Shown piece after piece: positions 36,124 through 46,395 of a DNA stretch of 64,000 nt. The translations under genes and the position numbers were made by a program. How positions within the stretch are numbered: the first letter of the stretch is position 1; each line of letters starts with the position of its first letter. Below the pieces are notes generated by a model. It saw only the letters and a list, made by a program, of their open reading frames with translations. It was not told the DNA's origin and did not search any database. The DNA is from Escherichia coli (GTDB lineage Bacteria; Pseudomonadota; Gammaproteobacteria; Enterobacterales; Enterobacteriaceae), in NCBI RefSeq assembly GCF_024502345.1, contig NZ_JALDNN010000001.1. One strand, given 5' to 3'.

Positions 36124-37542
36124 ATGGTAAACCTGGTCATAGTTTCACATAGCAGCCGACTGGGAGAAGGTGTCGGTGAATTAGCCCGTCAGATGTTAAT
36201 GAGTGATAATTGTAAAATCGCCATTGCTGCGGGAATTGACGATCCACAAAATCCCATTGGTACCGATGCCGTCAAAGTGATGGAGGCCATCGAATCTGTT
36301 GCCGATGCCGACCATGTGCTGGTCATGATGGATATGGGTAGCGCATTATTGAGTGCTGAAACTGCGCTGGAATTGCTGGCTCCCGAGATCGCCGCAAAAG
36401 TACGTTTGTGTGCTGCGCCGTTGGTCGAAGGTACACTGGCAGCAACGGTCAGCGCGGCCTCGGGTGCGGATATCGACAAAGTTATCTTTGACGCCATGCA
36501 TGCGCTGGAAGCCAAACGTGAACAACTGGGTTTACCGTCCTCCGACACTGAAATCTCTGACTCATGTCCTGCGTACGATGAAGAAGCCCGTTCTCTGGCG
36601 GTGGTCATAAAGAACCGTAACGGCCTGCATGTACGTCCAGCCTCCCGGCTGGTTTATACCTTATCGACATTTAATGCCGATATGTTGCTGGAGAAAAACG
36701 GCAAATGCGTCACACCGGAGAGTATTAACCAGATTGCGTTACTACAAGTTCGCTATAACGATACGCTGCGCCTGATTGCGAAAGGGCCAGAAGCTGAAGA
36801 GGCACTGATCGCTTTCCGTCAGCTGGCTGAAGATAACTTTGGTGAAACGGAGGAAGTTGCTCCACCTACTCTGCGTCCCGTTCCGCCTGTTTCGGGTAAA
36901 GCCTTTTATTATCAACCGGTTTTATGTACGGTACAGGCCAAATCAACCCTGACCGTGGAAGAAGAACAAGAACGATTACGCCAGGCCATTGACTTCACGT
37001 TATTAGATCTGATGACGTTAACAGCGAAAGCAGAAGCCAGCGGGCTTGACGATATTGCCGCAATCTTTTCTGGTCACCATACACTGTTAGATGATCCGGA
37101 ACTGCTGGCGGCGGCAAGCGAACTCCTTCAGCACGAACATTGCACGGCAGAATATGCCTGGCAGCAAGTTCTTAAAGAACTTAGCCAGCAATACCAGCAA
37201 CTGGATGATGAATATCTACAAGCTCGCTATATTGATGTGGACGATCTTCTGCATCGCACCCTGGTCCACCTGACCCAAACGAAAGAAGAACTCCCGCAGT
37301 TTAACTCGCCAACTATTCTACTGGCGGAGAACATTTATCCCTCCGCAGTACTGCAACTGGATCCGGCGGTTGTAAAAGGTATCTGCCTTAGCGCCGGAAG
37401 TCCGGTATCCCACAGCGCCCTGATCGCCCGTGAACTGGGGATTGGCTGGATTTGCCAGCAGGGTGAGAAACTGTATGCGATACAACCAGAAGAAAAGCTA
37501 ACGCTGGACGTTAAAACGCAACGTTTCAACCATCAGAGTTAA
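36124..37542 (+). CDS. dhaM: Dihydroxyacetone kinase phosphotransferase DhaM subunit
   Basis: ORF 36118-37542; EIIA-like, HPr-like and EI-like segments. Confidence 0.9.
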   Translation: MVNLVIVSHSSRLGEGVGELARQMLMSDNCKIAIAAGIDDPQNPIGTDAVKVMEAIESVADADHVLVMMDMGSALLSAETALELLAPEIAAKVRLCAAPLVEGTLAATVSAASGADIDKVIFDAMHALEAKREQLGLPSSDTEISDSCPAYDEEARSLAVVIKNRNGLHVRPASRLVYTLSTFNADMLLEKNGKCVTPESINQIALLQVRYNDTLRLIAKGPEAEEALIAFRQLAEDNFGETEEVAPPTLRPVPPVSGKAFYYQPVLCTVQAKSTLTVEEEQERLRQAIDFTLLDLMTLTAKAEASGLDDIAAIFSGHHTLLDDPELLAAASELLQHEHCTAEYAWQQVLKELSQQYQQLDDEYLQARYIDVDDLLHRTLVHLTQTKEELPQFNSPTILLAENIYPSAVLQLDPAVVKGICLSAGSPVSHSALIARELGIGWICQQGEKLYAIQPEEKLTLDVKTQRFNHQS

Positions 37543-37861
37543 ACCACCGTTCGGATGGCATCGTTCTGATGTCGTCCGGCAATTTACTCAGCACTAATGG
37601 TTTTTAACTACCTGTTATATTTTTCACCAATTTATGATGATTTTTCTTCGCTAATCACGAACCCAACGCCGCTGGCTGGCTAATAAACAGACGTTATTTG
37701 ATCACTCTTTTTCGCCGTTATTTATCCCTTTAATTCCCTTTTCTAAAATGCCTGACAGTTCGCAGAATGAGATTTCGATCATGCAGCTAGTGCGATCCTG
37801 AACTAAGGTTTTCTGATACTTGAATACCGTTTTATTCGGTTTCGCCTAAGGAGAATGATTG

Positions 37862-39559
37862 ATGAAATCCCCCGCACCTTCTCGCCCGCAAAAAATGGCG
37901 TTAATTCCAGCCTGCATCTTTTTGTGTTTCGCTGCGCTATCGGTGCAGGCAGAAGAAACACCGGTAACGCCACAGCCGCCTGATATTTTATTAGGGCCGC
38001 TGTTTAATGATGTGCAAAACGCCAAGCTTTTTCCGGACCAAAAAACCTTTGCCGATGCCGTGCCGAACAGCGATCCGCTGATGATCCTTGCTGATTATCG
38101 GATGCAGCAAAACCAGAGCGGATTTGATCTGCGCCATTTCGTTAACGTCAATTTCACCCTGCCGAAAGAGGGCGAGAAATATGTTCCGCCAGAGGGGCAG
38201 TCACTGCGCGAACATATTGACGGACTTTGGCCGGTATTAACGCGTTCTACCGAAAACACCGAAAAATGGGATTCTCTGTTACCGCTGCCGGAACCTTATG
38301 TCGTGCCAGGCGGACGTTTTCGCGAGGTATATTACTGGGACAGTTACTTCACCATGTTAGGACTTGCCGAAAGCGGTCACTGGGATAAAGTCGCGGATAT
38401 GGTGGCCAATTTTGCTCATGAAATAGACACTTACGGTCATATTCCCAACGGCAACCGCAGTTACTATTTAAGCCGCTCGCAACCGCCCTTCTTTGCCCTG
38501 ATGGTAGAGTTACTGGCGCAGCATGAAGGCGATGCCGCGTTGAAGCAATACCTGCCGCAAATGCAAAAAGAATATGCTTACTGGATGGACGGTGTTGAAA
38601 ACCTGCAAGCCGGACAACAGGAAAAACGCGTTGTAAAACTTCAGGATGGTACCCTTCTCAACCGCTACTGGGACGATCGCGATACGCCACGACCAGAGTC
38701 ATGGGTGGAAGATATTGCCACCGCCAAAAGCAATCCGAATCGACCTGCCACTGAAATTTACCGCGACTTGCGCTCTGCCGCTGCGTCTGGCTGGGATTTC
38801 AGCTCGCGCTGGATGGACAACCCGCAGCAGTTAAATACCATACGCACCACCAGCATCGTACCGGTCGATCTGAACAGCCTGATGTTTAAAATGGAAAAAA
38901 TTCTCGCCCGCGCCAGCAAAGTTGCCGGAGATAACGCGATGGCAAACCAGTACGAAACGCTGGCAAATGCCCGTCAAAAAGGGATCGAAAAATACCTGTG
39001 GAACGATCAACAAGGCTGGTATGCCGATTACGACCTGAAAAGTCATAAAGTGCGCAATCAGTTAACCGCTGCCGCCCTGTTCCCGCTGTACGTCAATGCG
39101 GCAGCGAAAGATCGCGCCAGCAAAATGGCGACGGCGACGAAAACACATCTGCTGCAACCCGGCGGCCTGAACACCACGTCGGTGAAAAGTGGGCAACAAT
39201 GGGATGCGCCAAATGGTTGGGCACCGTTGCAGTGGATCGCGACAGAAGGATTACAAAACTACGGGCAAAAAGAGGTGGCGATGGACATTAGCTGGCACTT
39301 CCTGACCAATGTTCAGCACACCTATGACCGCGAGAAAAAGCTGGTGGAAAAGTATGATGTCAGCACCACCGGAACGGGGGGCGGCGGTGGCGAATATCCA
39401 TTACAGGATGGCTTTGGCTGGACCAATGGCGTGACGCTGAAAATGCTGGATTTGATCTGCCCGAAAGAGCAACCGTGTGACAATGTTCCGGCGACGCGTC
39501 CACTCAGTGAATCAACAACACAGCCGGTAAAACAAAAAGAGGCGGAACCTACGCCTTAA
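37862..39559 (+). CDS. treA: Periplasmic trehalase
   Basis: ORF 37859-39559; signal peptide and glycoside hydrolase 37 motifs. Confidence 0.95.
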   Translation: MKSPAPSRPQKMALIPACIFLCFAALSVQAEETPVTPQPPDILLGPLFNDVQNAKLFPDQKTFADAVPNSDPLMILADYRMQQNQSGFDLRHFVNVNFTLPKEGEKYVPPEGQSLREHIDGLWPVLTRSTENTEKWDSLLPLPEPYVVPGGRFREVYYWDSYFTMLGLAESGHWDKVADMVANFAHEIDTYGHIPNGNRSYYLSRSQPPFFALMVELLAQHEGDAALKQYLPQMQKEYAYWMDGVENLQAGQQEKRVVKLQDGTLLNRYWDDRDTPRPESWVEDIATAKSNPNRPATEIYRDLRSAAASGWDFSSRWMDNPQQLNTIRTTSIVPVDLNSLMFKMEKILARASKVAGDNAMANQYETLANARQKGIEKYLWNDQQGWYADYDLKSHKVRNQLTAAALFPLYVNAAAKDRASKMATATKTHLLQPGGLNTTSVKSGQQWDAPNGWAPLQWIATEGLQNYGQKEVAMDISWHFLTNVQHTYDREKKLVEKYDVSTTGTGGGGGEYPLQDGFGWTNGVTLKMLDLICPKEQPCDNVPATRPLSESTTQPVKQKEAEPTP

Positions 39560-39563
39560 CTTT

Positions 39564-39589
39564 GCTGTATATCGAGGCTGTATATCGAG
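39564..39589. repeat. Perfect tandem duplication of 13-bp unit GCTGTATATCGAG
   Basis: Two adjacent identical 13-mers immediately after the treA stop. Confidence 0.9.
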
Positions 39590-39630
39590 CAATGCCATTA
39601 TGTGCATAAAATTGGCATTGCTCTTTTTTC
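39589..39630 (+). terminator. Rho-independent terminator after treA
   Basis: GCAATGCCA...TGGCATTGC hairpin followed by CTCTTTTTT. Confidence 0.7.
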
Positions 39631-39901
39631 GCCACGAAATGCCCCCCACTCTACGGTCTATGCCTTTATTTTCTTTTATTAGAGAAGATTTTAATTTTAT
39701 TTTATCAATTTGTTAATCATTACACCTCTATTTATATTTTTCGCCACTCCGCCATTCTCCCTGACAATTTTCTTGTGGAACAAAGTGTTATTTAAGCAAC
39801 AAGCAAATCACTCTGTCTCTTTAGACAAATTTTGACATCAAACATGATTTTTTCGATATATATGTAAATATATAGCGGTTTTAATTATCAGGATATAACT
39901 T

Positions 39902-40924
39902 ATGTCACTAACCAGACGGAGGTTTACACAGATTCTTGCGTCGACGTTGTTCCTGCATCATCTGCCTTCTTTTGCACAATCAGTCAAATTCTGGGCCTCA
40001 CTGACGCTTCCCGAAGCCCAAAACATTACACGCATCGTCAGCGCAGGTGCGCCCGCCGATTTGCTATTGCTGGCTGTCGCGCCAGAAAAAATGGTCGGTT
40101 TTTCCTCTTTTGATTTTGCCCGTCAGGCATTAATTCCATTGCCAGAGCACATTCGCCAGTTACCCAGGCTGGGACGACTCGCCGGGCGCGCCAGCACACT
40201 CTCGCTGGAAGGGCTTATGGCGTTACATCCCGATTTGGTCGTTGATTGCGGCAATACGGATGAAACCTGGATCTCCCAGGCACGGCAGGTTAGCGAACAG
40301 ACACAAATACCCTGGTTATTGCTTAACGGGAAACTGGCGCAATCAGCAGAACAGTTAACAACGCTTGGCAAAACGTTAGGCGAAGAGCATCGCGCCGCAG
40401 AACAAGCCAATCTCGCCAGCCGCTTCGTTGGTGAAGCTCAGGCATTCGCCGCCTCACCCGCCGCTAACCTCCGCTTTTATGCTGCGCGCGGTCCTCGAGG
40501 GCTGGAAACGGGCTTAAAGGGTTCGTTGCATACCGAGGCGGCGGAATTATTAGGTTTGCACAACGTCGCGCAAATAGCCGATCGCCACGGCCTGACACAG
40601 GTTTCCATGGAAAATCTCCTGCGCTGGCAGCCGGATATTATTCTGGTTCAGGAGGCCGTTACTGCAGATTTTATTCGTCGTGATCCTCTCTGGCATGGCG
40701 TGAAAGCCGTTGCGGAACAACGCATCTTATTTTTAAGTGGCTTGCCCTTTGGCTGGCTGGATGCCCCACCGGGAATCAACCGTCTTCTGGGATTACGCAG
40801 ACTTCACGCCTGGCTGGATCCCGCCATCAATCGCCAGTTTAAAAGTGACATGCAGCATTACGCCCAACTGTTCTGGCATTGTTCACTCAGTGACGCCGAC
40901 TATCAAAAATTGGTGGCGAGCTAA
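39902..40924 (+). CDS. Periplasmic substrate-binding protein of a siderophore/cobalamin-type ABC importer, with twin-arginine-like signal (LTRRRFTQ)
   Basis: 340-aa ORF; AGGA RBS 8 nt upstream; signal peptide followed by a FecB/FhuD/BtuF-like domain; first gene of a tightly coupled operon. Confidence 0.8.
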   Translation: MSLTRRRFTQILASTLFLHHLPSFAQSVKFWASLTLPEAQNITRIVSAGAPADLLLLAVAPEKMVGFSSFDFARQALIPLPEHIRQLPRLGRLAGRASTLSLEGLMALHPDLVVDCGNTDETWISQARQVSEQTQIPWLLLNGKLAQSAEQLTTLGKTLGEEHRAAEQANLASRFVGEAQAFAASPAANLRFYAARGPRGLETGLKGSLHTEAAELLGLHNVAQIADRHGLTQVSMENLLRWQPDIILVQEAVTADFIRRDPLWHGVKAVAEQRILFLSGLPFGWLDAPPGINRLLGLRRLHAWLDPAINRQFKSDMQHYAQLFWHCSLSDADYQKLVAS

Positions 40925-41922
40925 TGAGAATCGTAAACGGATGTATTTTGCTGCTGGCAGCTATCAGTATCACTTTTGCCGCCGTAAGTGGGGCTTATCA
41001 TCTCGATATGCAGCAACTGCTGGCGCTAATTCTTCGTCAAGAAAATGTTCCTGTGCAGGAACAAATTGTCTTCTGGCAAATCCGCGTGCCGCGTATTCTT
41101 GCTGCGCTGTTACTGGGCGCGGCGCTGTTACTGGGCGCGGCGCTGGCAGGAGCCGGAACCACTTATCAGGGAATGTTGCGTAATCCCTTAGTTTCACCGG
41201 ATATTTTAGGCGTCTCCGCCGGTGCCGGACTTGGTGCCTGCGCGGCAATCCTGTGGGGATTATCCATTGTTTACATCCAGCTGTACGCATTTTGCGGCGG
41301 GCTGATGGTGGTCGCGGGCGTCTGGTTGATTACGCGTCGGGTGACCCGCCACGATCCGATCTTAACCCTGGTGCTGGTAGGCATTGCGTTAGGAACGTTG
41401 TGCGGAGCGGGGATATCGCTAATTAAAACGCTGGCCGATCCTTACACCCAGTTACCGTCAATTACCTTCTGGTTGCTGGGGGGACTGTCCACCGTGACCT
41501 TACGCGATCTCTGCTATGCTGCACCGATCATTCTCATTGGCTCCTTGCCCCTGTTTTTTCTCCGCTGGCGCATGAATTTACTCACGCTTTCCGACGACGA
41601 AGCCCGTTCGCTGGGACTGAACGTGACGCGTCTGCGCTTTGGATTGATTGTCTGCGCCACACTAATCACCGCCAGTACGGTAGCAATAGCGGGCATAATT
41701 GGTTGGGTCGGCCTGGTCGTTCCGCACATTGCCCGCTTGTTGACCGGTCATAACCATCAGCAGCTGTTGCCCATGGCAATGTGTACTGGCGCGATTCTGC
41801 TCCTGCTGACCGATACGCTGGCACGCAGCATTGGAACAACAGAAATCCCACTTGGCATTCTGACCGCTTTTGTTGGCGCACCGTTTTTCCTGCTTTTGTT
41901 GTTACGCGGAGGTCGCCAGTGA
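40924..41922 (+). CDS. FecCD/BtuC-family ABC permease
   Basis: 332-aa polytopic ORF with C-terminal GAPFF signature; start overlaps upstream stop (TAATG). Confidence 0.85.
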   Translation: MRIVNGCILLLAAISITFAAVSGAYHLDMQQLLALILRQENVPVQEQIVFWQIRVPRILAALLLGAALLLGAALAGAGTTYQGMLRNPLVSPDILGVSAGAGLGACAAILWGLSIVYIQLYAFCGGLMVVAGVWLITRRVTRHDPILTLVLVGIALGTLCGAGISLIKTLADPYTQLPSITFWLLGGLSTVTLRDLCYAAPIILIGSLPLFFLRWRMNLLTLSDDEARSLGLNVTRLRFGLIVCATLITASTVAIAGIIGWVGLVVPHIARLLTGHNHQQLLPMAMCTGAILLLLTDTLARSIGTTEIPLGILTAFVGAPFFLLLLLRGGRQ

Positions 41923-42677
41923 CTTTGCTTGCCGTCCGTCATGCGTCTCTGGGTTACTCCCGCCATCCAGTGCTACGCGACGTGTCCTTCACCCTGTCGC
42001 AAGGAACAATTTGTTGTCTGCTTGGCGCGAATGGTTGCGGCAAAACCACACTCATGCGCTCCATTCTTGGCGTTATACCGTTATTAAAAGGCGAGGTCTT
42101 ACTGGATAGCCTCCCTGTGCAGACACTCAGCCATCGCCAGCGCGCGCAGGCTATTGCCTGGGTGCCGCAGGCGCACGACGGTATTTTTGCTTTTAGTGTG
42201 CTGGATATGGTGTTGATGGGCCTGGCCCCCACCATAGGCACTTTTTCCGTTCCCGGTAAGCAAGAACGCCTGAAAGCCACGGAGCAACTGGAAAAGCTGG
42301 GCATTTTGCATCTGGCGGCACGACGCTGGAATACGCTTAGCGGCGGTGAACGTCAGCTGGCTTTAATCGCCCGTGCACTCGTCCAGCAACCGCGCTTGTT
42401 GTTACTGGATGAGCCTGCCTCCAGCCTCGATTTTGGTCATCAGATCCAACTACTGGACACGCTGGCGCAGCTCAAAAATAACGGCATGACAATGTTAATG
42501 TCGACTCATCATCCGCTCCATGCCAACGCCATTGCCGACAGCATTATCCAGGTAGAGCCAGATGGACGAGTAACACAAGGCTTACCGACCGAACAGTTAA
42601 CAACGAACAAACTGGCTGCCCTGTATCGGGTTTCTGCCGACCAGATTCATCATCACCTCTCTGCAATTAGCCACTAA
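41919..42677 (+). CDS. ABC transporter ATP-binding protein (FecE/BtuD-like)
   Basis: GTG start overlapping the permease stop (GTGA); Walker A GANGCGKTT, signature LSGGERQ, Walker B LLLDEP; 252 aa. Confidence 0.85.
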   Translation: MTLLAVRHASLGYSRHPVLRDVSFTLSQGTICCLLGANGCGKTTLMRSILGVIPLLKGEVLLDSLPVQTLSHRQRAQAIAWVPQAHDGIFAFSVLDMVLMGLAPTIGTFSVPGKQERLKATEQLEKLGILHLAARRWNTLSGGERQLALIARALVQQPRLLLLDEPASSLDFGHQIQLLDTLAQLKNNGMTMLMSTHHPLHANAIADSIIQVEPDGRVTQGLPTEQLTTNKLAALYRVSADQIHHHLSAISH

Positions 42678-42686
42678 GGAAAAATC

Positions 42687-43499
42687 ATGCTCATTGATGA
42701 TATTGATTTTGCAGACCTCTACCTGCAGCAACTCAAACTGGCCCACCGCACAGAAAAAACGCCGGATCACTGGGATCAACGGGCGGAAAAAATGGCGGAA
42801 AATTGCGCCTCGCCTACGGACAGCTACCTGCAACAACTGATCGCTAAAATTGACCTACAAGGCGCTCAGACCTTATTCGATATGGGCTGCGGACCGGGTA
42901 CCGTATCGCTGGCGCTGGCTGACAAACTCACGACGATTTATGGCGTTGATTACAGTCAGGGGATGCTGAACGTTGCCGCCCGTCGCGCCGCCTCGCTGAA
43001 GGCAGACAATGTCCACTTGATCCAGCGCGCCTGGGAAGAGGACTGGAGTGACCTGCCACGCTGCGATATTGCCGTGGCTTCCCGCTCCACTCTGGTGGCT
43101 GATATGCGCCAGGCAATGAGCAAACTGAATAATCAGGCACGGCTTCGCGTCTATACGACTCATCTGGTCAGCACCTCGTTCGTCTCTCCAGCCATTCAGC
43201 GGGCGGCTGGTCGGGAAGTGATCGAATTACCCAACTATATCTTTGCGCTCAACGTCCTGTATCAGATGGGAATTTATGCCCACGTTGATTTTATCCGTGG
43301 ACAAAATTGCCAACAGGATAACAGCACCTGGGAACGTTTTGAGCAGAACGTCAGCTGGAGTCTTGGCGCGCTTAACGACGATGAGCGTGAGCGGTTATAT
43401 CACTGGTATCAACAACAAGATGCTCGTGCCCTCGCCCCTGCCAGCCGCGACTGGGCGCTCATCTGGTGGGATAGCGTACCGCAGGAGGCACTGCGATGA
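42687..43499 (+). CDS. Class I SAM-dependent methyltransferase
   Basis: 270-aa ORF with AAGGA RBS and SAM-binding motif I (LFDMGCGPGTVSLALA). Confidence 0.75.
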   Translation: MLIDDIDFADLYLQQLKLAHRTEKTPDHWDQRAEKMAENCASPTDSYLQQLIAKIDLQGAQTLFDMGCGPGTVSLALADKLTTIYGVDYSQGMLNVAARRAASLKADNVHLIQRAWEEDWSDLPRCDIAVASRSTLVADMRQAMSKLNNQARLRVYTTHLVSTSFVSPAIQRAAGREVIELPNYIFALNVLYQMGIYAHVDFIRGQNCQQDNSTWERFEQNVSWSLGALNDDERERLYHWYQQQDARALAPASRDWALIWWDSVPQEALR

Positions 43500-44350
43500 T
43501 TTTCCTTTCTCAGGCACAAATCGATGCGTTACTTCTGGAAGATATCCAGGGCGGTGACCTGACTACGAGAGCATTAAATATTGGACACCAGCATGGCTAT
43601 ATAGAGTTTTTTCTCCGTCAGGGCGGCTGCGTCAGCGGCGTTTCTGTTGCGTGTAAGATGTTAACTACGCTGGGATTAACTATTGATGACGCGGTCAGCG
43701 ACGGTTCACAAGCGAACGCGGGTCAACGGCTAATCCGTGCGCAGGGTAATGCCGCAGCACTTCATCAGGGATGGAAGGCAGTCCAGAATGTGCTGGAGTG
43801 GAGTTGCGGTGTTTCTGATTATCTCGATCAAATGCTGGCGTTACTTCGTGAACGTTATCCTGATGGCAATATCGCCTGCACCCGAAAAGCAATTCCGGGC
43901 ACCCGCTTACTGGCCTCGCAGGCAATTCTGGCTGCCGGAGGACTGATTCATCGTGCCGGATGTGCGGAAACCATATTATTGTTTGCCAACCACCGCCATT
44001 TTCTTCCTGACAATCAGGACTGGTCAGGCGCAATCGATCAGTTACGTCGCCACGCACCCGAGAAGAAAATTGTTGTTGAAGCCGACACGCCGAAAGAGGC
44101 AATCGCCGCGTTACGCGCGCAACCTGACGTACTTCAGCTCGACAAATTTAGTCCGCAACAGGCAACTGAAATTGCGCAAATAGCGCCGTCGCTGGCTCCC
44201 CACTGCACGCTGGCTCTGACCGGCGGAATTAATCTGACGACACTCAAAAATTACCTCGACTGCGGCATTCGCCTTTTTATTACCTCCGCGCCTTATTACG
44301 CGGCACCGGCTGACATTAAAGTCAGTCTGCAACCCGCAGCCTCTATTTAA
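43496..44350 (+). CDS. ModD-like protein (NadC/quinolinate phosphoribosyltransferase fold family)
   Basis: 284-aa ORF; AGGAGG RBS; start overlaps the methyltransferase stop (ATGA). Confidence 0.65.
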   Translation: MIFLSQAQIDALLLEDIQGGDLTTRALNIGHQHGYIEFFLRQGGCVSGVSVACKMLTTLGLTIDDAVSDGSQANAGQRLIRAQGNAAALHQGWKAVQNVLEWSCGVSDYLDQMLALLRERYPDGNIACTRKAIPGTRLLASQAILAAGGLIHRAGCAETILLFANHRHFLPDNQDWSGAIDQLRRHAPEKKIVVEADTPKEAIAALRAQPDVLQLDKFSPQQATEIAQIAPSLAPHCTLALTGGINLTTLKNYLDCGIRLFITSAPYYAAPADIKVSLQPAASI

Positions 44351-44375
44351 TTCTTTGTTAAACGGAATTTATTCT

Positions 44376-46346
44376 ATGAGACTCAAAAAACGTTATCTCT
44401 GCACAGCATTATCACTTGCCTTTACCCAGCAGGCCGTAGCGGCTCAGGAGAGCGACACGCTGACCGTATGGTCCAGTCCGGTATCATCGACGACGACCAC
44501 CGTTCTCGATCAACCCACCATGAAGGCCCTGGATAAACAGAATGTCGCTCAGGCATTAAGTGTCGTCCCCGGCGTGGTGCTGCAAAAGTCAGGCAGCCGC
44601 AACGAAGAACAGGTAAAAGTTCGTGGCTTTGATAGTCGGCAGGTGCCGGTCTATTTCGACGGTGTGCCCATTTATGTTCCCTATGACGGCAACCTCGATC
44701 TGGCGCGGATTCTGACCAACAATCTGGGGGCAGTCGAAGTTTCCAAAGGGTATTCGTCGCTGCTTCAGGGGCCTAATCAGATGGGCGGAGCCATTAATAT
44801 CACCACCCAGAAGCCATCAAAACCTCTGGAAGCAAATCTGGGATATCGCCAGGGATGGAGCCGTAGCCAGGACAATGCCTACGATATGCATGCTTCATTT
44901 GCCGCCAGTAGCGATCTGGGGTATTTGCAAGTCAGCGGTAGCCAGCTAAAGCAGGATTTTCTCGGCCTGCCGCATGGTGTAAATAATGATATTGCAGGCA
45001 AACACGGCAAGATGATTAATTCATCGGCTGATGATAAACGCGGCATTGTGAAGCTCGGATTTACACCACGTGAAAACGATGAATACACACTGACTTACAT
45101 TAAGCAGGATGGTGAAAAAGATAACCCGCCATACAGCGGAAATAGTGGTCAAAAATCACGCTACTGGCAGTGGCCAGAGTATGACAAAGAAAGTTTTTAT
45201 TATCAGGGAACGACCCAACTAAACGATCGTTTTACCCTGAAAAGTCGGCTGTATCGCGACACCTTTGAAAATACGCTGATGATGTACAACTCGCTGGCTG
45301 ATTTGAAAAATAAAAAAGGCAGCTACAGCCATTATTCCGATTACAGCGACGGTGCCGGATTACAACTGGCAGCCGATGTGCGTGAAAACGATCTGCTGTC
45401 GTTTGCCGTTAACTGGAAAGATGACGTACACCGGGAAAAAGGTGCGCCGCACGCCGCTTACGATCGCTATGAAGATCGTACCTGGTCGCTCGCCAGTGAA
45501 TATCAATGGGCTGCTGCCGATAATGTCGATGTCGTGGCTGGAATCAGCTATGACTGGCGCGATAGCGTAGAAGCGAAAAAACACGAGAAAGATGACAGCA
45601 TCACCCATTATGACGACAACAATCAGTCAGCTTTTAACTGGCAAGTGATGGGGAAATACCACTTTGCCAATGAAGACACGCTGGCGCTTTCGTACTATGA
45701 CCGCACACGCTTTCCGACGCTGAAAGAACGCTATACCACATCCAAACCTGCGTATAACCAGATAGCGATTGTTAACCCGCAGCTCAAGCCGGAACGCGCT
45801 CGCGGGGTGGATTTAACCTGGAATGGTGCCTTCACGCGCGACTGGGGATTTGAGGTCAGCGTTTACTATAACCGGGTGAGTGATGCCATCCTCTCGCACA
45901 ATATCGATGCCGATACCATTCAAAATCAGAACAGCGGCACGGTGGATTACAGCGGTCTGGATGCCGGTATTAAGGGGAAAATCAGCAATATACTGGATGT
46001 AGGATTGAGCTACGCCCTGATCCACGCTGACGCCAAACGCAAAGACATCGGCAAGATAACCGATCTGCCAACGCAGACAATGACCGCATGGATGACTCTC
46101 AAACCGTGGGAGCCGTTAAGCGTAACGCTGTCGGAAGAGGCGCGTTCCTCCAGCTACAGCAACAGTGACGGTTCACAAAAAGCCGCCGGTTTTGCGGTGA
46201 CCCACATTCGAGCCGATTACACCTTAGGTCATGGCTTCAGCGTCAATGCGTCGGTCAATAACCTGTTTGATACCCAATATGCCTACAGTGAAGGGTTTAT
46301 TGAAGAAGGCCGCAATTTCTGGGCAGGTGTCGAGTATACGTTCTGA
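44376..46346 (+). CDS. TonB-dependent outer-membrane receptor
   Basis: ORF 44355-46346; likely start at ATG 44376; signal peptide, TonB-box-like DTLTVW, plug domain, C-terminal ...GVEYTF. Confidence 0.85.
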   Translation: MRLKKRYLCTALSLAFTQQAVAAQESDTLTVWSSPVSSTTTTVLDQPTMKALDKQNVAQALSVVPGVVLQKSGSRNEEQVKVRGFDSRQVPVYFDGVPIYVPYDGNLDLARILTNNLGAVEVSKGYSSLLQGPNQMGGAINITTQKPSKPLEANLGYRQGWSRSQDNAYDMHASFAASSDLGYLQVSGSQLKQDFLGLPHGVNNDIAGKHGKMINSSADDKRGIVKLGFTPRENDEYTLTYIKQDGEKDNPPYSGNSGQKSRYWQWPEYDKESFYYQGTTQLNDRFTLKSRLYRDTFENTLMMYNSLADLKNKKGSYSHYSDYSDGAGLQLAADVRENDLLSFAVNWKDDVHREKGAPHAAYDRYEDRTWSLASEYQWAAADNVDVVAGISYDWRDSVEAKKHEKDDSITHYDDNNQSAFNWQVMGKYHFANEDTLALSYYDRTRFPTLKERYTTSKPAYNQIAIVNPQLKPERARGVDLTWNGAFTRDWGFEVSVYYNRVSDAILSHNIDADTIQNQNSGTVDYSGLDAGIKGKISNILDVGLSYALIHADAKRKDIGKITDLPTQTMTAWMTLKPWEPLSVTLSEEARSSSYSNSDGSQKAAGFAVTHIRADYTLGHGFSVNASVNNLFDTQYAYSEGFIEEGRNFWAGVEYTF

Positions 46347-46351
46347 TGTGA

Positions 46352-46384
46352 AAGCGGATAGCGGCATCTGTATCGCTATCCGCC
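46352..46384. terminator. Bidirectional terminator hairpin between the receptor gene and ymgE
   Basis: Inverted repeat GCGGATAGCG-loop-CGCTATCCGC between convergent stops. Confidence 0.55.
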
Positions 46385-46395
46385 TTATGAAAATC

